Of a stretch of 64,000 bases of DNA, positions 13,347 to 25,984 are shown piece by piece. The translations under genes were made by a program, and so were the position numbers. This DNA comes from Octopus bimaculoides. Its lineage: Eukaryota. The stretch is from NCBI RefSeq assembly GCF_001194135.2, contig NC_068994.1, positions 48,763,923 to 48,827,922 of the forward strand, in the 5' to 3' direction. The first letter of the stretch is position 1, and the number at the start of each line of letters is the position of its first letter. The notes below the pieces were generated by a model. The model made no database searches. It worked only from the letters and a program-made list of their open reading frames with translations, and was not told the origin of the DNA.

Positions 13347-16011
13347 TACCGCATCGCCGTTGACTGGGTCTCTAAATTCACATGCGCCGTGTTCCTGGTA
13401 AATAACACATCCATGCCCACAATAGCATTTCCTTGACTTTAGAACTTACGGAGGAGAAACTGGCATTTTATATTTCTAATGGAAAAACTAGCAAGTGAAG
13501 TGAGCCGACCTTGTACTATATACAATAGTGCAGCCAACCTTCAAGTACACTTTGTCTACACTACTGTAGATAGCCTGTAAGCAACCATCGATTGTTTCAC
13601 TTTGTTATTATGTACAACAACTAACTAAGACCAGTATGTTATAGAACATCACGGCTGACCACTTTTGTATGGTCATCGCGACAACAAAGCAATATATTAA
13701 AATTATTTAGTATCTTCGTCTCCTTGCAGTAAATTCACACTCACTGAGTATTTAGTCATCCCCTCCCCCCCTCTCTCTCTTTAACACACGCATGATATTG
13801 TCCATTACAGATAATACATCGTACCTCGAAGTTTTGTGTTAAGACCCTGAAAATAATCACTGGACGATAAACTTTAGAAAGTTCTAATTTTTAACTCACA
13901 ATGCTATACTGGAACCTCTGTATAGTAACAAATCACGTGTCCTGGATATTTTCAGGAGACGTCTAATCGTTTGGCATAAGCTGAGCAGGAAACACCGAGT
14001 TACGATGTATTATCAATAATGGACTATGTTATTCCTGATGTATTGCGTTTTTTTAATTTTGCCCTTGTAAACACCTATGACTTTGTATGTGTGTGTAGTT
14101 ATGTTTATGATGCAAAAAGTACTCTACACCCGTTTAGAGCCTACAACTTAATTAGAGCAAACTTAATTATAGATTATAAAGCTGTTTATCACACGCACAT
14201 ATGCGTGTGTGTGTCTATGTTCCTTTTCTGTGAGAATTTCAGTTTTCGTTCGTTGTCTATCCCTTCCTCTTTACAAATAATTATATACACAGACACATAT
14301 TAAATTATTTACTTACAAATACAGACTCTCTTTCACTTAGGGTGTACTTGCTTCTACTTCTTTCCTACGCTATTTCTATTTAATTCAATACATTCAGCAC
14401 TGTTTATACAGTCGGTTTTAAACATATGGTACTTTGTTTTATAAAATTCTTGTTGAAGTTTACCGTATAAATTATGTTCAACACATTTAGTTTCAGTACA
14501 TATACGCACACACATTGAAAACAATATCGTTTTCTATTTTCAACTTTTTTTTGGAGTATTTTCCAGTTTGTTTTATTTTTGTTCTTTGGATTACGGTAAA
14601 TTTCCGATTTCCGTCTATGTTTCAGGCTCTTGGTTTTATCTTTTGGATATTATTTTAGTGTGCTGTTTTGGTTAGAATCATGGGACAAGTTGTTGTAGTT
14701 CGTTTATTTATAGTTAAACTCTTTGCTTTTTTTAATCTTTTTTCTTTTACTGATGCCGGCTGGTTTCTTTCAACACCCAAGGAAAAGTTTTGATGGTCGT
14801 AATGGTGTAAAGTTCGTTTCTAGAATGTCCTGTGTTTATATTTCCGTTGTATTTTGACATTGATATAGCTGCCATGACCAGTCATCTAGTGTTCTGAGAA
14901 TTGGATGTGAATAATCTATATAAGATGATTATCAGCTAATGTTTTTCTACACGCACACACGCATGTTCTATGTTTTGAGTGAATCCCTCCTTCATTTTTT
15001 CCCGACAAAGGAGTGCTAACCCGAAATATCAAAATATAAAGTGTATATTGTTCTGTCTTCTTTGTTTCTGTTTTCACTCTTTTTATTCTAAAACTGAATT
15101 GCCGTAAAAAAATTTTTTAAAACTTATATACATCACCGATTTCCGGTAATTTATGGTCCAATACCTTTAATTCAGATGAATAACGCTGGCAAAGTTGAAA
15201 TTTCTGTGGTTGCTTGTCTTGTTCTCTGCATGACCACAGGTGGCGTTATGTATACCGTGTGTTTACATACATTATTTATGCTGCATTTGTTAGTGATGGT
15301 ACAAATATTTTGAGAGATCCTCTATTTAGCTTAAAGTTACCCTTAGCTCTGGCTACTACAGGCAAGAGAAATGAGAGTAGTGGTAGTGTCAAAACTAAAG
15401 CACCAATCCATGACAGATAAAGTAGAACTCTTGAAAAAATAGACCTTGGTACTTTGTTACGCTGTGTGATATGTTTGCTTACGAGTTTGTAAAATTACAT
15501 TAGTCATTTAAAGTTTATTCAGTGGATTTGTATGTTGATGGGATTTTGAAATTTCCGTGTTTTAGTAATGAATTATAAATGCTAGTTTATGATTGGCTGT
15601 TATTCACGCTGTTTGTTTTACGAGTCTTTTCTCATGTGTTCTTCTGTTTATAATCGGTGTGCCTTTGCAATACACTTTATTTGGTTGGCTCTTGTATTTA
15701 TTGAATTTCTGTCTCCGTATTGTTCTGTAATTTGAACAACTTAATTATTTGAATACCCTTTTGCGTCTTAAGTTTGTTTTATTGTATTGCTTTATTTTTG
15801 TACTGTTTCTTTTGTTCTCTCTGCGTGCATGCCCTGGCCGGGCAGAACCACGACCAAAAGCATTCCATCTGACTACTCAGTCTTTTACTAAGACACAATG
15901 TATCCACAATATAAGGGAAATTTAGTTGCTACTTTTAGTAAGCCAAGCGGCCACCTATACGCTCTTTCGTTGGTTAATGCACACGCGCATGTTTGTGCGT
16001 GCGTGCGTGTG

Positions 16012-16046
<35 letters not shown>

Positions 16047-16359
16047 TGTGCTGTGGATTTCGAATTTGAATTTTCCTCTGAATCCGTTTGGCACAGTTAA
16101 TTTCCTCAGGTCATCGACATTTCAAGGTCTTCTCGACCTTATCATGAAAGTGAAAAGGCCAGTAGCATGGTTTATTCTTATTTTAAACCCGTTTAATCAA
16201 TCAGATTAAAACCAGTGCTTATTTTAAATCTGATGCTTGCTCCATCGGTCCCTTTTTTTGCCGAAGTTACTGAATTACAATGATGTACAGAAGCCAGTAC
16301 CGGTTGTCCAGCAATTCGCAAGACACAAAGATACACATATGCGCGCCCATACATCTCTG

Positions 16360-16394
<35 letters not shown>

Positions 16395-16396
<2 letters not shown>

Positions 16397-16590
16397 TTTT
16401 GTTTCAGTCAATTGTCTGTGGCTATGCCGGAGCTACGCCTTAAAGGGTTTTAGTCGAAGGAATCAACCCCAGGACTTATTCTTTGTCAGCCTAGTACTTA
16501 TTTTATCGGTCTGTTTTGCCGAACCGTTAAGCTACGGAGACATAAACACACCGGCCTCGGTTGTCAAGCGATGGCGAGGCAGGGAGAGAG
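16395..16590 (-). mobile_element. 3' half of SINE family A
   Basis: gtttcagtca...ttagtcga...ccccaggacttattctttgt...cctagtacttatt...cggttgtcaagcgatgg matches other family A copies in reverse. Confidence 0.85.
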
Positions 16591-16664
16591 GTTCCGTAGT
16601 ATAAAAGTTTATCAAATTCATTTTCAAAGCTTTGGTCGACTTGGTGCTGTACTAGAACATACCC

Positions 16665-17372
16665 ACTTCGGAATCTCCTGCAACTCTTCTGGACGGTCTC
16701 CTTGTTTCACTTGATGAATGCTGCCATAATCCTTGTCTTCAGTTCATCTTTGGTGTTACAAGGAGTTTCGTTGGTCTCTCCACTCAACTGAGCCCCACAC
16801 ATGATAATCAAGGGAGTTGCAGTCTGGGGAGTTAGGTGGCCAGATGTTAGGGGTGATGTGGTCGCAGAAATTGTCTGAAAGCCATGACTGAACTCTCCTA
16901 CATGTGTGGCATGGTGCAGAGTCCTGTTGCAAGACATAAGGTTTTCCACCAACCACCCTCTTGACCTAGAGCAGCACTATTTCCTCCAGGCACTTGGTGT
17001 TGGCCTCCATGTTGAATCTGAGGCCGTGTGGGAAGATGAGTGGAGGTATAACATCGCCATTACTAGTGATCATCCCAAACACCATGAGTTGACTGGATGT
17101 TTGATTTTCGTCACTCTCGGTACATGTTTTGGGGAGACGGCAAGCTAACGGTTGTTCTGTGTGTTCACCATCTGTTCGTATTGGAGCTTCCGATGCGAAT
17201 GCCAAGCAGTACAGCATGTCGTTTCCAAATTTCTGGCAGAGTGAATTCCATCTTGTTTTTCTTACAGACAGTGCCCAACTGACCCTACTATACTGTGTAG
17301 ACGACAAAATCAAGAACAAACAATGCACATGCACGAAATTAAAAATATAAAATGGTGACAATTTACCCATCA
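16665..17372 (-). mobile_element. Internally deleted Tc1/mariner transposon, DD37D (maT) type, with frameshifted transposase
   Basis: Fragments MEFTLPEIWKRHAVLLGIR (N-terminus), MVFGMITSNGDVIPPLIFPHGLR, QQDSAPCH...WPPNSPDCNSLDYHVWG (37 residues counted between the second and third catalytic D) and NTKDELKTRIMAAF. The 5' terminus lies next to (TA)n at about 17372. Confidence 0.92.
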
Positions 17373-17377
17373 CACAC

Positions 17378-17413
<36 letters not shown>

Positions 17414-18138
17414 CGCGCCCCCACACAGTCTGTGTTTGTCTACACCGGTCTAAAAGCCGTTTTGGTTTCTATTGTGTCCTGTTTATCTCGTAACCTAGCA
17501 TTTGGACAAACAACAATTAAATGACTACTGAGGTTTGTATGATCGATTAAAACCGCTGAAATTGGTATACCATCATAATCCAATGTCTGAAATCAGCATA
17601 ATAGAAATAGTTGAAACAAGAGGATAAGCGACATGTTTAAAAGAACGTCTTTACCAATGTACACAAGTGTTTATATATATATAATGTACTATTACCTGTT
17701 ACACTATCGGTGGGATCAACACAAAAAAAAGTACTGGATCCGCCAGTGAGACATTAATGTAATTTAACACACACAGTTGTCCGACCATCGTATTTTCAGA
17801 TGTATGAAACCAATGGTAGTTCGAATTTAAACTATGTGTATTAAATCTCTCACCCTGTCTCTCTCTCTTTGTCTGTCTCTCTCTCTCTCTCTGTGTCTGT
17901 CTGTCGCTCTCTCTGTCTCTCTCTCACACACACATTGCGTGTTGGTATGGATAATACATTGATGGCGAAGCAAACATCTTCATTTTTCGATTTCATCTTA
18001 TATTTGTATGTGTATATAAAAGAAAGAAAAGTCGAACAATCCTGTGTTACATGTTCATTAAAGTTTTAAGCTAATACCCTATTTATTAAACTGTTCCTCG
18101 TCACCTTTACTGCAGATTGTATTTATAGTGTGTGTGCG

Positions 18139-18183
<45 letters not shown>

Positions 18184-18409
18184 NNNNNNNNNNNNNNNNN
18201 NNNNNNNNNNNNNNNNNNNNNNNNNNNNNNNNNNNNNNNNNNNNNNNNNNNNNNNNNNNNNNNNNNNNNNNNNNNNNNNNNNNNNNNNNNNNNNNNNNNN
18301 NNNNNNNNNNNNNNNNNNNNNNNNNNNNNNNNNNNNNNNNNNNNNNNNNNNNNNNNNNNNNNNNNNNNNNNNNNNNNNNNNNNNNNNNNNNNNNNNNNNN
18401 NNNNNNNNN
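18184..18409. other. Assembly gap
   Basis: N-run between (TA)n and the body of a family A SINE. Confidence 0.99.
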
Positions 18410-18735
18410 GTAGCCTCGGACCGACCAAAGCCTTGTGAATGGATTTGGTAGACGGAAACTGAAAGAAGCGCGCTGACGACGCGAGGAGAGGCTAGTGAAT
18501 GAATGAAAAGACCTAATCTCTATGTATATATTTGTGTGTCTGTGTTTGTCCCCCCCCCACCACCACCACCATCGCTTGACAACCGATGTTGGTGTGTTTA
18601 CGTCCTCGTCATCAAGCAGTTCGGCAAAAACAGACCGGTAGAATAAGTAATAGGCTTACAAAGAATAAGTCCTGGGGTCGATTTGTTGGACTAAAGGCGG
18701 TGCTCCAGCATGGCCACAGTCAAGTTAAAGAATAA
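18410..18735 (+). mobile_element. SINE family A, 5' end lost in gap, with an approximately 55-bp insertion at 18468-18522
   Basis: tagcctcggaccgaccaaagccttgtgaatggatttggtagacggaaactgaaagaag ... gcttgacaaccgatg ... ggcggtgctccagcatggccacagtcaa. Confidence 0.9.
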
Positions 18736-19684
18736 GAGAATTTATGTATAGCAGGTGAAAGTTATCTAGCGTGTTTCTTCCTGCCAGGTTGGCGCTTTAA
18801 ATCTCTGTCCTATCTCGTTGCATTGTTCGATCCTCATCTCGTCCTTGTAACTGTTCTCTCTGGTCCCCGTTTGTTTGTCTCTCTCTTTAGCACCACATCT
18901 CACTTTTTCCTTTTCAATGTTACATCCTTCTTCCCAACTTTTTTCCCCGTCTTCTCCACTCCCTTTTTACCCCACCAATACATCTCTTTCGCTCTTTTAT
19001 TTTTCTTTTGGCATAAGAAAGACTCCTACCCCCGAAATGCTCTCTCTCTCTCTTTCTTTCTCTCTCTCTCTCTCTCTCATATCTCGTACTCCTGCACAAC
19101 ACGTCTCCGCTTCTTCAAGTTTTAGCCTATCAATCCTGGTGACAACATCCTACCCCCTAGATTCTATCTTCACTTCCCGCCCGTCTTGGGTTTTTTTCTT
19201 TTCTTTTCCTTCAAACATACACCCGTACAATCTCTCCTTCGTTTCTTTCTTACCTTACTTTTCCTCCTAACTGCGCTTACTTTTCATTATTCTTTTCTCT
19301 CCTCAAACCTTTACAATACATGCTTAATAATAATAATAAATAATAAAGCATGAACTCTGTCCATTCGGCTCTTTACTTTTTTTTGTCTCCGTCACACCAC
19401 TTCCCTCCTTCTCTTCTATTTTTAAGTCACTAAACATTTACCTCACGCCTCAGCTTAATCATTTACAACGGTTCTGAGTCGAACCTGGTGCGCAAACTCC
19501 TTTTATAAGAAAGAAGCTTGCTTTCTTATTACTGTGACAATACATGACGCTATTGCATAAGATTTGTATGCGCGCTAACGACGCACACGCGCGAGAGACA
19601 CGATGAGAAGATGCTAGAAGAATGAATGAAAAGTGACCTAATCCCCATGTTAATGATTTAGTAAAATAAATAGAAAAAGTATTT

Positions 19685-19781
<97 letters not shown>

Positions 19782-20155
19782 CATTAATTTGTAAATTAGG
19801 AATATTTGTCCATTCATTCGTGTCTGTGGTGCACTTGAATTGTCGCAGTTAAAAGTAATTATATCTTCGTTTGAAACCGATGATTCACTCTGTTGATAAT
19901 CAGAGTTTCCTGCAGCATGTGAACATAAGTGACAGACGTCAGAGCGCGCTACACACCCCACCCACCCATATGTATAGATATATTTTTTATGGCACACCCA
20001 TATATATGTATACACATACGCATATGTATCCATCCCACTCGGATTCTAACACGCATTTGTTACCTACTCTGCGTTTCGTGTGTAACGTTACTCTGTGTGT
20101 GTGTGTTACATATTCGGATCGCTCGATAATTTTCCTTTTACTCTCGCTCTCTCTT

Positions 20156-20192
<37 letters not shown>

Positions 20193-21202
20193 AGTAGTAT
20201 TTCCTGCTGCAGGCAGAATGTCGAAGCCTAAACTGACGTCATGCTTTATAATCACATAATATAGTTGACATAATAATAATAATAATATTATTAATAATCT
20301 TGGGAGAAGAACAACAATAATACAAAGAATATAATAATAATAATGATGATAATAATGATAACAATAATAGCACAAAAAATGCAAGCCACCCTCCCCCCTT
20401 ATTTGGATAGTTATTGATTAGATGAGATCGAAGTACAGAGAGACAGAGAGCAATATGTTAAAATAAGCATGGCTATATGTGTGTGCGTGCGTTATATAAC
20501 TCCATCCCTGGGCGGTAGATTGTTAATCGTTAGACATAGGTCAAAATGCCTTATATTTACTTCCGTCCCTGAACGTTCTTGAGTTCAAGTTCCCCAGAGG
20601 TCACATTTGTCCCCCATCCTTCAAGAATCAAATAAATAAAGTATCAGTCGATTTTTTTTTTTATCGTTTAATACCGGAGGCGTCTTTCAGACTTCCTTCG
20701 AGAATGAGACCGGTTGAGAATTTCGGACGAATTTTCTTGGTGCTGCTTCCGCTTCAAGGACAGTGGAAGGCATATAAACCACAACAGCCCAAAATATGTC
20801 CCTGAGGAGCCAGCAGGTGCATATGTTATTAGATTTGATTGAAAGACATAGTGATGGAACTCATGCTACACATAATTAAGGAATTATGTGACGCGTCTGT
20901 TATCGTACCTGACAGAATTGCAATATCTGTTTGTCCCTGATGTATCTGTCTACTCGTCCAACCATTTATCTGACTGTTGTATACAAAGGCACACATGACA
21001 TAGAGGACAGATGGATCTGTGTGTGAGGAGAAATTTAAAAACACACCTCCTTTACGAAGTATCTCGAATGCGAATGTAGCTGTAAACACTAGCTCATAAT
21101 GCGTTAGGTAAAGCGCCCCTCAAGACTCCCCCTCCAAAATAAAAAAAAAAAATCTTTATACCTTGCTTAACGTGGATATACTTGTAGAAATTTAGAAAAC
21201 TA

Positions 21203-21393
21203 TGGTGGCTAGCTGGCAGAAACGTTAGCACGCCGGGCGAAATGCTTAGCGTTATTTTCGTCTGCCGCTACGTTCTGAGTTCAAATTCCGCCGAGGTCGA
21301 CTTTGCCTTTCATCCTTTCGGGGTCGATTAAATAAGTACCAGTTACGCACTGGGGTCGATATAATCGACTTAATCCGTTTGTCTGTCCTTGTT
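21203..21393 (+). mobile_element. Young SINE family B copy (central domain resembles the MetaSINE domain, recalled from memory)
   Basis: gttctgagttcaaattccgccgaggtcgactttgcctttcatcctttcggggtcgattaaataagtaccag with all CpGs intact. Confidence 0.9.
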
Positions 21394-21656
21394 TAGAAAT
21401 AAGAAATTTCGAAAACTGGGGAATTCGTTTGCAGAAAGCATCTCGGATACACGTGTAGTGCTAAAAAGCCCAGAAGTATATCAGTAAGAGCGTTGAGCAG
21501 CGGCGGTGGAATTGCCAGATCCGAAATTTCTGCATATTTGGGTATCATTAATAGCAAGTGTCCACTTAGCAAATGCATGCTTAGGCAAAAACCCATGGCT
21601 GAGAAAGGGCGGATGACGGCGTCTTCAGTATTTCGAACGAACGTGATAATACTTAC

Positions 21657-22100
21657 CTTTTCACCAAAGCGACTATCTGCCTTCCCACCATCCAAATTAG
21701 ACGCTTTAATTTTATAAATAAGAAAGGACATTTTATATTTAGGCAGTCATTTAGAAGCATTGAGAAATGTGAAAATCAATCTCTTTTACGAACTATTTCG
21801 AATGTGAATGCAGCAATGATAGCTCATAAAAAAAAAGGAAAAAAAATTCAGGATTTTTTTCTTTTCTTTTAGTTTGCGAGTTTAGGGACAGTGTCCATGA
21901 TATTTTAAGAGTTTCCGGGAAGGAAGAGAGATGATACTTTGAAACCGGAGACTTGATTCCATTGCTTGCAACAGAATGGATTCTGTTAAAGGCATTCAAG
22001 AGCCAAGCAGGGGCGTTAAATTGAGCACCGGATTCTGCTTATCAATTTGCCGAGGGACGGGATGAACGCTGTGAAGTATTTTATCTGACTGTCTAACAGT
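21657..22100 (-). other. Candidate minus-strand (first?) exon
   Basis: Consensus donor GAAAAG|GTAAGT ending at 21657, with CpG-rich upstream sequence. The 5' boundary is a guess. Confidence 0.3.
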
Positions 22101-22170
22101 TTTGCGAATTCGCCTACACACACATACACACACGCGCGCGTTTCTATGTGAGTGTATATATATGTGTATA

Positions 22171-22620
22171 CTAGTCTTGAAGCCGCCCTTCGGAGGGCAT
22201 TGTTGAGGCCTTCGACCACGCTTTGCGGTCCTCTACTCTTGTATAATAAAACTTATTTCTGCAAATGTGCTAAGCACTGATGCTGATCATAGTTTAATCA
22301 ACAAGCATAGGAGCGAGGTAAATGCATGATTGAGCGGCCCTTCAGAAATTGAGCCTGGGATATCATGATATGAAATTCATTATCATTACTCTGATTTGGT
22401 CGCCAACGCCATGTATTTAGTTCAAAATGCAGTAAAAATAGGTGGGGGTCAGTGGGGCCCCAATTAGTTGGTCCTTAAAAAAATGGACCCTTAGGACATT
22501 CCTTAGGATTAAGGGAGTTGCTGGTTTGTGTTTCGTTGTCCTTGCACCAACGGTCTGGAAGAGCTAGTGAACATGAAAATGTAACTGACAGATGCATCAC
22601 TCAAATTTATATTGAGAAGA
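22171..22620 (-). mobile_element. Non-autonomous Helitron, 450 bp
   Basis: Minus strand: A|TCTTCTCAATATAAA... 5' end. 3' end has the hairpin GCCCTCCGAAGGGC (plus 22185-22198), a 10-nt spacer and CTAG|T. A^T target, no TSD. Confidence 0.7.
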
Positions 22621-22858
22621 TATATATACATATATATCTGTACACACACACACACATAAAAAACAGAGACGACCATGATGGTAGACAGAACGCTATACTG
22701 GTAGATAGAACGCTGAAATCAATGAAATCAACTGTTTCATTTCAGAAATGTTGAACGTTTGTGCAGTGTGGGAGTGATGGGAGGATCCAATTCTTTCGTA
22801 TCTGCCTGTCCGTCTGTCCCTCTCTACTTATTTGTCTGTCTATAAATAAATATATACA

Positions 22859-22902
<44 letters not shown>

Positions 22903-23024
22903 GGTCATACACAGACGCGTGCATATACACATCTGTTTCTTCTCATTATAGCTCTCTCTTTGAAGATAAACATTTGTGCAGAAATTATAGATTTCTGTTG
23001 ACTAGGCACACCTGGGGCCTTTGT

Positions 23025-23514
23025 NNNNNNNNNNNNNNNNNNNNNNNNNNNNNNNNNNNNNNNNNNNNNNNNNNNNNNNNNNNNNNNNNNNNNNNNNNNN
23101 NNNNNNNNNNNNNNNNNNNNNNNNNNNNNNNNNNNNNNNNNNNNNNNNNNNNNNNNNNNNNNNNNNNNNNNNNNNNNNNNNNNNNNNNNNNNNNNNNNNN
23201 NNNNNNNNNNNNNNNNNNNNNNNNNNNNNNNNNNNNNNNNNNNNNNNNNNNNNNNNNNNNNNNNNNNNNNNNNNNNNNNNNNNNNNNNNNNNNNNNNNNN
23301 NNNNNNNNNNNNNNNNNNNNNNNNNNNNNNNNNNNNNNNNNNNNNNNNNNNNNNNNNNNNNNNNNNNNNNNNNNNNNNNNNNNNNNNNNNNNNNNNNNNN
23401 NNNNNNNNNNNNNNNNNNNNNNNNNNNNNNNNNNNNNNNNNNNNNNNNNNNNNNNNNNNNNNNNNNNNNNNNNNNNNNNNNNNNNNNNNNNNNNNNNNNN
23501 NNNNNNNNNNNNNN
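23025..23514. other. Assembly gap
   Basis: N-run with (TA)n on its right side. Confidence 0.99.
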
Positions 23515-23561
<47 letters not shown>

Positions 23562-23644
23562 CATATACATGAGCAATAATAAATCTCTGAACGAGGTATA
23601 AACAGTAGCAGGGCTTCCTTCAGTTTCCGTCTACCAAATATATA

Positions 23645-23845
23645 TATGTGTGTGTTTGTGTCTGTTCTTCCATCATCGCTTGACAACCGATGCTGGTGTG
23701 TTTACGTCCCCGTAACATAGCGGTTCGACGAAAGAGACCTATGAAATAAGTACTAAGGCTTACAAAGAATATGTCCTGGGGTCGATTTGTTCGATTGAAG
23801 GCAGTGCTCTCCAGCATAGCCGCAGTCAAATGACTGAAACGAATA
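23645..23845 (+). mobile_element. 3' half of SINE family A
   Basis: catcgcttgacaaccgatgctggtgtgtttacgtccccgtaac...cagcatagccgcagtcaaatgactgaaac. Confidence 0.88.
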
Positions 23846-24169
23846 AATGAATATATATATATTGAATCTGTAATCGATAATTTCAGAATAAGTTTGAATT
23901 TTACTTTCAGATTTAGGAGTGCGGTGGCGGGGAAATTCACTCCTTAGCTCACCTTATCGTCGTCGAAAAACTTATTCCCATTATGAAAATTTCCCAGTTT
24001 TGCTAGGAAGTTATATTTAATAAAATAAAGAAAGTAATTATGACAAGAAGACAAAAAAAAAGAGAATAAATTCTAATAGAAATAAATTTGTGTGTGTGTG
24101 TGTGTGTGTGTGTTATCGAAGTAGTCATGGTTAGATGAGGTGTACTGGTTTGTTCAAGCTTAAAGAGAA

Positions 24170-25170
24170 CGTTGGTGGTGGTGATGATGTCGTCAGTGGA
24201 GGTGGGAGATATCTAGTAGTGCCAGAAAGCCTTCTCTGTTTATGCGTCTGACATTCAGAAAACATTCTAGTAATAATGTGCTGATTATTATGATGGTGGC
24301 GGTGGCGGCGGCGGCGGCGGATGCTGGTTGTGGTGATGGTGGCGGCGTCGTCACTGCTGGCAGCGATGAAGAGGTGATTGCAGACGTCTACTGCTGGGAG
24401 AGGTGGTAGTAGTAATGGAGGTAGTGATTCTTACAGTGCTGGCAGCGGCGGCGGCGCTGCTGCTGGTGGTGGTGGTGGAGATAGTATTGCTGTTGGTAGT
24501 AATTAGTACTGGCAGTAGTGGTGGTGGTGGTGGTGGTGGTAGTCGTAGTGGTACTACTGGTGCCTGTTTAACTTCAGGTTAGTCTCGATCAAGACATATG
24601 ATTTAAAGGTATTCCAACCACGACCATCTCGCCTTGTTTTTGTTTTTGCTCTTAGTGCATCTAAGACTACCCTACCCACGGTGTCGTTTCATTTTTTAAG
24701 ATCATGAGGTTGCATTTTGGCTAAGACTTGGCTGCTTTTTCTAGCAGGTGGAACGACCACCTAGAGAGGCCCCTCCGTCCTGCTGATATCGGCATTACTG
24801 TTGACATTTGTGGTACTATTGCTAACAGATAGTAGTGGTTTTGTACTATTGGTGACATGTGTAGTAGCGGTTGTGGAGGCACCGTTCGTGGTAGCGGTGG
24901 TCATGTGGCGGTCTTATTGAAGACGGTGGTGGGTGTAGTGATAGTTGTGGTGCCACACGATGGCAGTGGCGGTATTATTGCTTCTGTTACGTGCCACTTT
25001 CTGGTTGTGGTGGCACTACTGCTCGCTGTGTTTGTGGTGGTGGTCATCGTCGTAGTGGTCGTAGTAATTAGCAGTATGGCAAGTGCTTGTACAACTGCGT
25101 TAGCGTTACTGTTTCTGTTAGTGGTAATACTGGTACTAACGATATTACTGGTGTTGATACTATTATATAG
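24170..25170. repeat. Degenerate trinucleotide low-complexity tract (GGT/GGC/GTA), interrupted by a family D repeat
   Basis: Runs such as ggtggcggtggcggcggcggcggcgg and gtggtggtggtggtggtggtagtcgtagtggt. Confidence 0.85.
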
Positions 25171-25172
25171 CT

Positions 25173-25954
25173 CAGTAGTTCTCAATCATGGTTTTTTTTT
25201 GGCCTGTGGACTCCATCGATTCCTATCTTGCTTTTCTGCCCCCCCCCCCGCAATTTGAAATCTAAAGAAAAAAATCCTATTATATTCTTATAATTAAATA
25301 GTTTTAGGAATTGTAATGAAANNNNNNNNNNNNNNNNNNNNNNNNNNNNNNNNNNNNNNNNNNNNNNNNNNNNNNNNNNNNNNNNNNNNNNNNNNNNNNN
25401 NNNNNNNNNNNNNNNNNNNNNNNNNNNNNNNNNNNNNNNNNNNNNNNNNNNNNNNNNNNNNNNNNNNNNNNNNNNNNNNNNNNNNNNNNNNNNNNNNNNN
25501 NNNNNNNNNNNNNNNNNNNNNNNNNNNNNNNNNNNNNNNNNNNNNNNNNNNNNNNNNNNNNNNNNNNNNNNNNNNNNNNNNNNNNNNNNNNNNNNNNNNN
25601 NNNNNNNNNNNNNNNNNNNNNNNNNNNNNNNNNNNNNNNNNNNNNNNNNNNNNNNNNNNNNNNNNNNNNNNNNNNNNNNNNNNNNNNNNNNNNNNNNNNN
25701 NNNNNNNNNNNNNNNNNNNNNNNNNNNNNNNNNNNNNNNNNNNNNNNNNNNNNNNNNNNNNNNNNNNNNNNNNNNNNNNNNNNNNNNNNNNNNAAGTACT
25801 AGGCTTACAAAGAATAAGTCCTGGGGTCGATTTGCTTGACTAAAGGCGGTGCTGCAGCATGGCCACAGTCAAATGACTGAAACAAGTAAGAGAGAGTAAT
25901 AAAATCTTATACGGTCTCTTTAGGGCCGTGTGGAACCCCGGTTGAGAACCACTG
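25173..25954. mobile_element. hAT-like MITE with a gap and SINE 3' end nested inside
   Basis: Termini CAGTAGTTCTCAATC and GGTTGAGAACCACTG are inverted repeats. The TSD is poorly conserved (5/8). Similar to 54448-54748. Confidence 0.55.
25322..25793. other. Assembly gap
   Basis: N-run; a family A SINE 3' end emerges at 25794. Confidence 0.99.
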
Positions 25955-25984
25955 CTAGAGCCGATAGTACTTAGCAGTATACTC

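Larger units (their letters stand above)
19400..22170. promoter_or_regulatory. CpG-rich, promoter-like block
   Basis: Visibly dense CpG (for example gcgcgctaacgacgcacacgcgcg), full CRE palindrome TGACGTCA at 20234-20241, ETS-like CTTCCG/CCGGA motifs, and a strong minus-strand donor at 21655-21656. Confidence 0.35.

Noticed and set aside
14300-15800. T-rich stretch with possible retroelement coding remnants, and ORF 15214-15420
   Set aside because: No motif series could be recovered convincingly.
21393-21731. 112-aa minus-strand ORF
   Set aside because: Reads through a consensus splice donor at 21656 and ends at a SINE boundary; no homology recognised.
22761-23686. Long ORFs spanning N-runs (also near 8.5, 18.1, 25.3 and 43.6-44.5 kb)
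   Set aside because: Artefacts of gaps and dinucleotide repeats.
24857-25258. Val/Thr-rich ORFs on both strands
   Set aside because: Degenerate trinucleotide repeats give stop-free frames by composition.
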